Both the position numbers and the translations under genes were made by a program. Below are positions 61,101 to 64,000 of a stretch of DNA of 64,000 nucleotides, piece after piece. A model generated the notes under the pieces. It ran no database searches. It was given only the letters and a program-made list of their open reading frames with translations, and had not been told where the DNA came from. Numbering within the stretch: position 1 is the stretch's first letter; every line of letters begins with the position of its first letter. Source of the DNA: Lama guanicoe (Eukaryota); assembly GCA_013239625.1 (NCBI GenBank), contig MU053934.1, positions 3,924,399 to 3,988,398 on the forward strand, in the 5' to 3' direction.

Positions 61101-64000
61101 GGTGAGTCTGATCTGGATGCCTGGGAGCCTCAGGGGGAGCAACGCTGGGCTGGATAATGTCTGCGGAAATCACTTAGCAAATTCTGGTGCCCCAAACGAA
61201 ATATGAGGACAAAGTCACACCTGGGCTCAAATCCCACTTCCGACCTTCCGCCCCTTGCTCACTGCGTGACCTTGGAAGTGGCTTCACCTCCAGAACTTGC
61301 ATCTCCGTGCCTAGAATGGGCGAATAGTCCTGCCTCGCGGTGGTGGAAGAGCATCTAATGAAACGGTGTGCAGACGCCCTCTGGGTGTTGGTGGCAGGGA
61401 GGAGTGAGGATGCGGACAGGTTTGGAGACCGAGAGAGGGCTGAGCAGGGCTCAAGCTTCAGAGACCCAGCGAGCGGAGGGCGGGGGCAACCCTACCCCCG
61501 GGGTCAGAGTGAGGGGCCACGTCTGCTGGGTGCACTCAGCCTGAAGTCCCCGAGGCCACCACGGGGCGGCGCTGTGGGACAGGGCCCTCGGGGATCGCGC
61601 AGGGACCCCCGGGAATGGCACCGGCTGCCGGGAGAGGACGGGGTGGGGATGGGGGTGCGGAGTGGGGGGTGAGGGGGAATTAATAACCACCTGGCTGGCG
61701 TGGACTTCCCCGGGGAGGGGAGAATGGGATCATTCTGGTTTCCTCTGCAGCAAGAGGGGAAACAGGAGAGGACTGTTCCCTCTCACTTTTTAAAATTCAA
61801 CCAGCAGCTGCTGTGATGGAAGGAACTCGGGCTTCAGAGTCCCAGTAAGGTCCCGGCTCTGACCAGCTGAGGAAGGGCCATTCAAGCTGCCAGACCTGTT
61901 TCACACCTGTAAGATGGGGATACCCTACCTCCCAGGGCCGGAGTAGGACCACCTGCAGATAATGGCTAGAAAGGGGCTTTGCCAGCTGTCTGATGTGGAG
62001 CCAGATTCAGCACGTGCACAGGGATTGAAAGGTGAACTTCGAAGGATGAGGATAAAAATAACTACCATTAGCTAAGTGCTTAATCCCCTTTACATGCAGA
62101 ACAGCCCAAGAGGTTGGTGCTACAACTGGCCCCATGTTACAGATGAGAAAGCTGAGTCTCAGAGACGTGGAGTGGCTTACCTGAGGTCACACAGCCCACC
62201 AGAGCCTGTCCCCTGACTCCTAGGTTCTGTGCTCTCATCTGACCAGACGTAGGCTGAGGCTGGAGAGGGTGGACACTTTCCTGCCTATCATCGTCTTTTA
62301 TCACTGGTTCCTGGCTTCCTTCCTTCCTTCTTCTTCGTTCCTTCTCAGCCTCTCTGGCCTCCCCTTCCTCCTCTCCCCAGGTTGCCAATTCCCTCATTAA
62401 AACTAGGAGCCTCTCCATTCCCAGAACTGATGGCTGCTAATCAGAGTGGTCCCTGCCCCTGGCTCAGGGGTGGACATGTGTCTCAAGCCTGGCCAATGAG
62501 GCTGGATTCTGGGAGGGTTGCAACTATTGGTAGAGAGACTTTCTCCTTCTGCCTGCCTAGAAGCTGAATAGTTGTGAGCCTGGAACCCCAGGGGCTTCAA
62601 GAAATGTTGCTCGATCATCTGACTTTACTTTTAACCCAGAAGAGCTGATCTGTGGGCTGTTGCCCTGGGATGCAGCTGTATCACCTCCAGCCTTCTCCAC
62701 CCGCCCCACCCTGCCCATCTCCACCAGCTCCCCACCACCAACTCACCAGATCTAGGAGCTGAGAGTTGAAAGGCCCCAAAATGTGGGTCCCCCAACCTCC
62801 TGCCTCTACTGGGGAAGTTCCTGGCTTCACACTGATAGACGAAGCAGGTGTGCTAAGGAAGGAGATTTGCCCAAAGATGCACAGCTGGTGAGCAGTGGGC
62901 CCGCAGGCTAGACTCCCATCAATACACTCATTCCGTTCCTCATCTAGCACACCTCTTGGGCCCCTGCCCAGGGGCCAGCTATGAGGGTGCAGGGTGTGGC
63001 TCTGGAGACAGAACCCCCCACCAGGCTCAAATTCCAGCTTCCTCACCCAATGGAGTATGATCTTAGGCAAGCTATTTTCACTTCTCTGTGCCTGTTTCTT
63101 ATCTGGAAAAGAAGGAAAGGAGTGAAGTCCCCCGGTGGCTCCAGAAACTCAAAACATTCTGCCTGATGGTAGCAGTTCCCTTCCTTCATAAGACCATGCA
63201 TTGTTCACGCCATCCCTCTGCTTAGATATCCTTCCAGAGTGACCATAGAGTGACTAAAAGCATGGATTCTGGACCCAGGCAGTCTGACTTCCAATCCCAT
63301 CTGGAGATGGAGGAGAAGGGCATTCCAGGCAAGGGAGCCACAGGTGCAAAGGCACTGAGACAGGACACTGTGTAGCACTGGGGAGAAGGCTCTGTGGGGC
63401 TGGATGGGCAGGCTGCATGGCTACACTCCTGATCGAGCACCCTGTCTCCTGCCTTCTGCCCCCATGAGAACTTCTGCTCTCCCTGGGAAAGGGCTGTAGA
63501 CTGGCTCGAAGGCCCAGGGGACCTCACTGGAATAATGCAGTGGAGAATTTGGGGATCTGATTAGTACGATGGTCCTGGGCCCTCTGGGAGAAATGGTGTC
63601 CAGGTGGAATTGAGACCTTCAATTGGAATTGGAATTGGAACTGAGCCCAGAAGCGCAGGCAGCCCAGCCTTGGTGGAAGGCCTTGGGTGCCCAGGACAGA
63701 GGGCAGTTCCCAGGAGGCAGGAGAGGCCCGAGGGCACAGCTTGGCAGCGCTTGACAGGATGTGGGGGGGTTGGTATAGGCCCTCAGCAGCCAAACACCCT
63801 CGCACCGCGCTCTGGGCCTCTCCACAGAGGAGCTGCAAGCTAAAATAGGACTCTATTTTGGGGGTCTGAGCGGAGTTGGAGTCACATCCCTGCCAGACAG
63901 GAGAGGCTGCCTCGGTGTCTTCGAGGCCAGGCTCTCCCCCCGTGCCGGGGTGGAGAGGTGTGGGCACCAGTAGTGGGGTGTGAAGCCGGGGGCACGGGCT

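Noticed and set aside
1..64000. Prokaryotic systems (CRISPR arrays, operons, defence islands)
   Set aside because: The window is clearly mammalian, with spliced exons, CpG islands and LINE/SINE content; nothing of that kind was seen.

Overview
Mammalian genomic DNA, most likely a camelid (three copies of a tRNA-derived SINE resembling camelid Vic-1). It contains the complete casein kinase 1 epsilon gene (CSNK1E) on the minus strand: non-coding exon 1 in a CpG island at ~34.1-34.75 kb, nine coding exons (30905 down to 13649) that splice to 1251 nt = 416 aa + stop, and a 3'UTR-only last exon ending near 11615. A CpG island at ~0.5-1.15 kb holds a minus-strand first exon, probably TMEM184B by synteny. 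A third CpG island at ~45.4-45.75 kb looks like a distal promoter. The rest is intronic or intergenic DNA with L1, L2, MIR, LTR and MER relics. Main findings: (1) a 61-nt cassette exon in intron 7 shifts exons 8-10 into a second, stop-free reading frame, giving a 431-aa kinase with a different tail; (2) two more intron-7 exons with their own polyA signal give a third tail (367 aa); (3) an exact 5' exon half of tRNA-Ile(UAU) inserted with a target-site duplication; (4) a tail-less internal L1 fragment with a perfect TSD; (5) a perfect-Kozak 3-codon uORF; (6) D-box, E-box and CRE clusters around this clock gene. All calls come from reading the sequence by eye; repeat subfamily names and boundaries are approximate.
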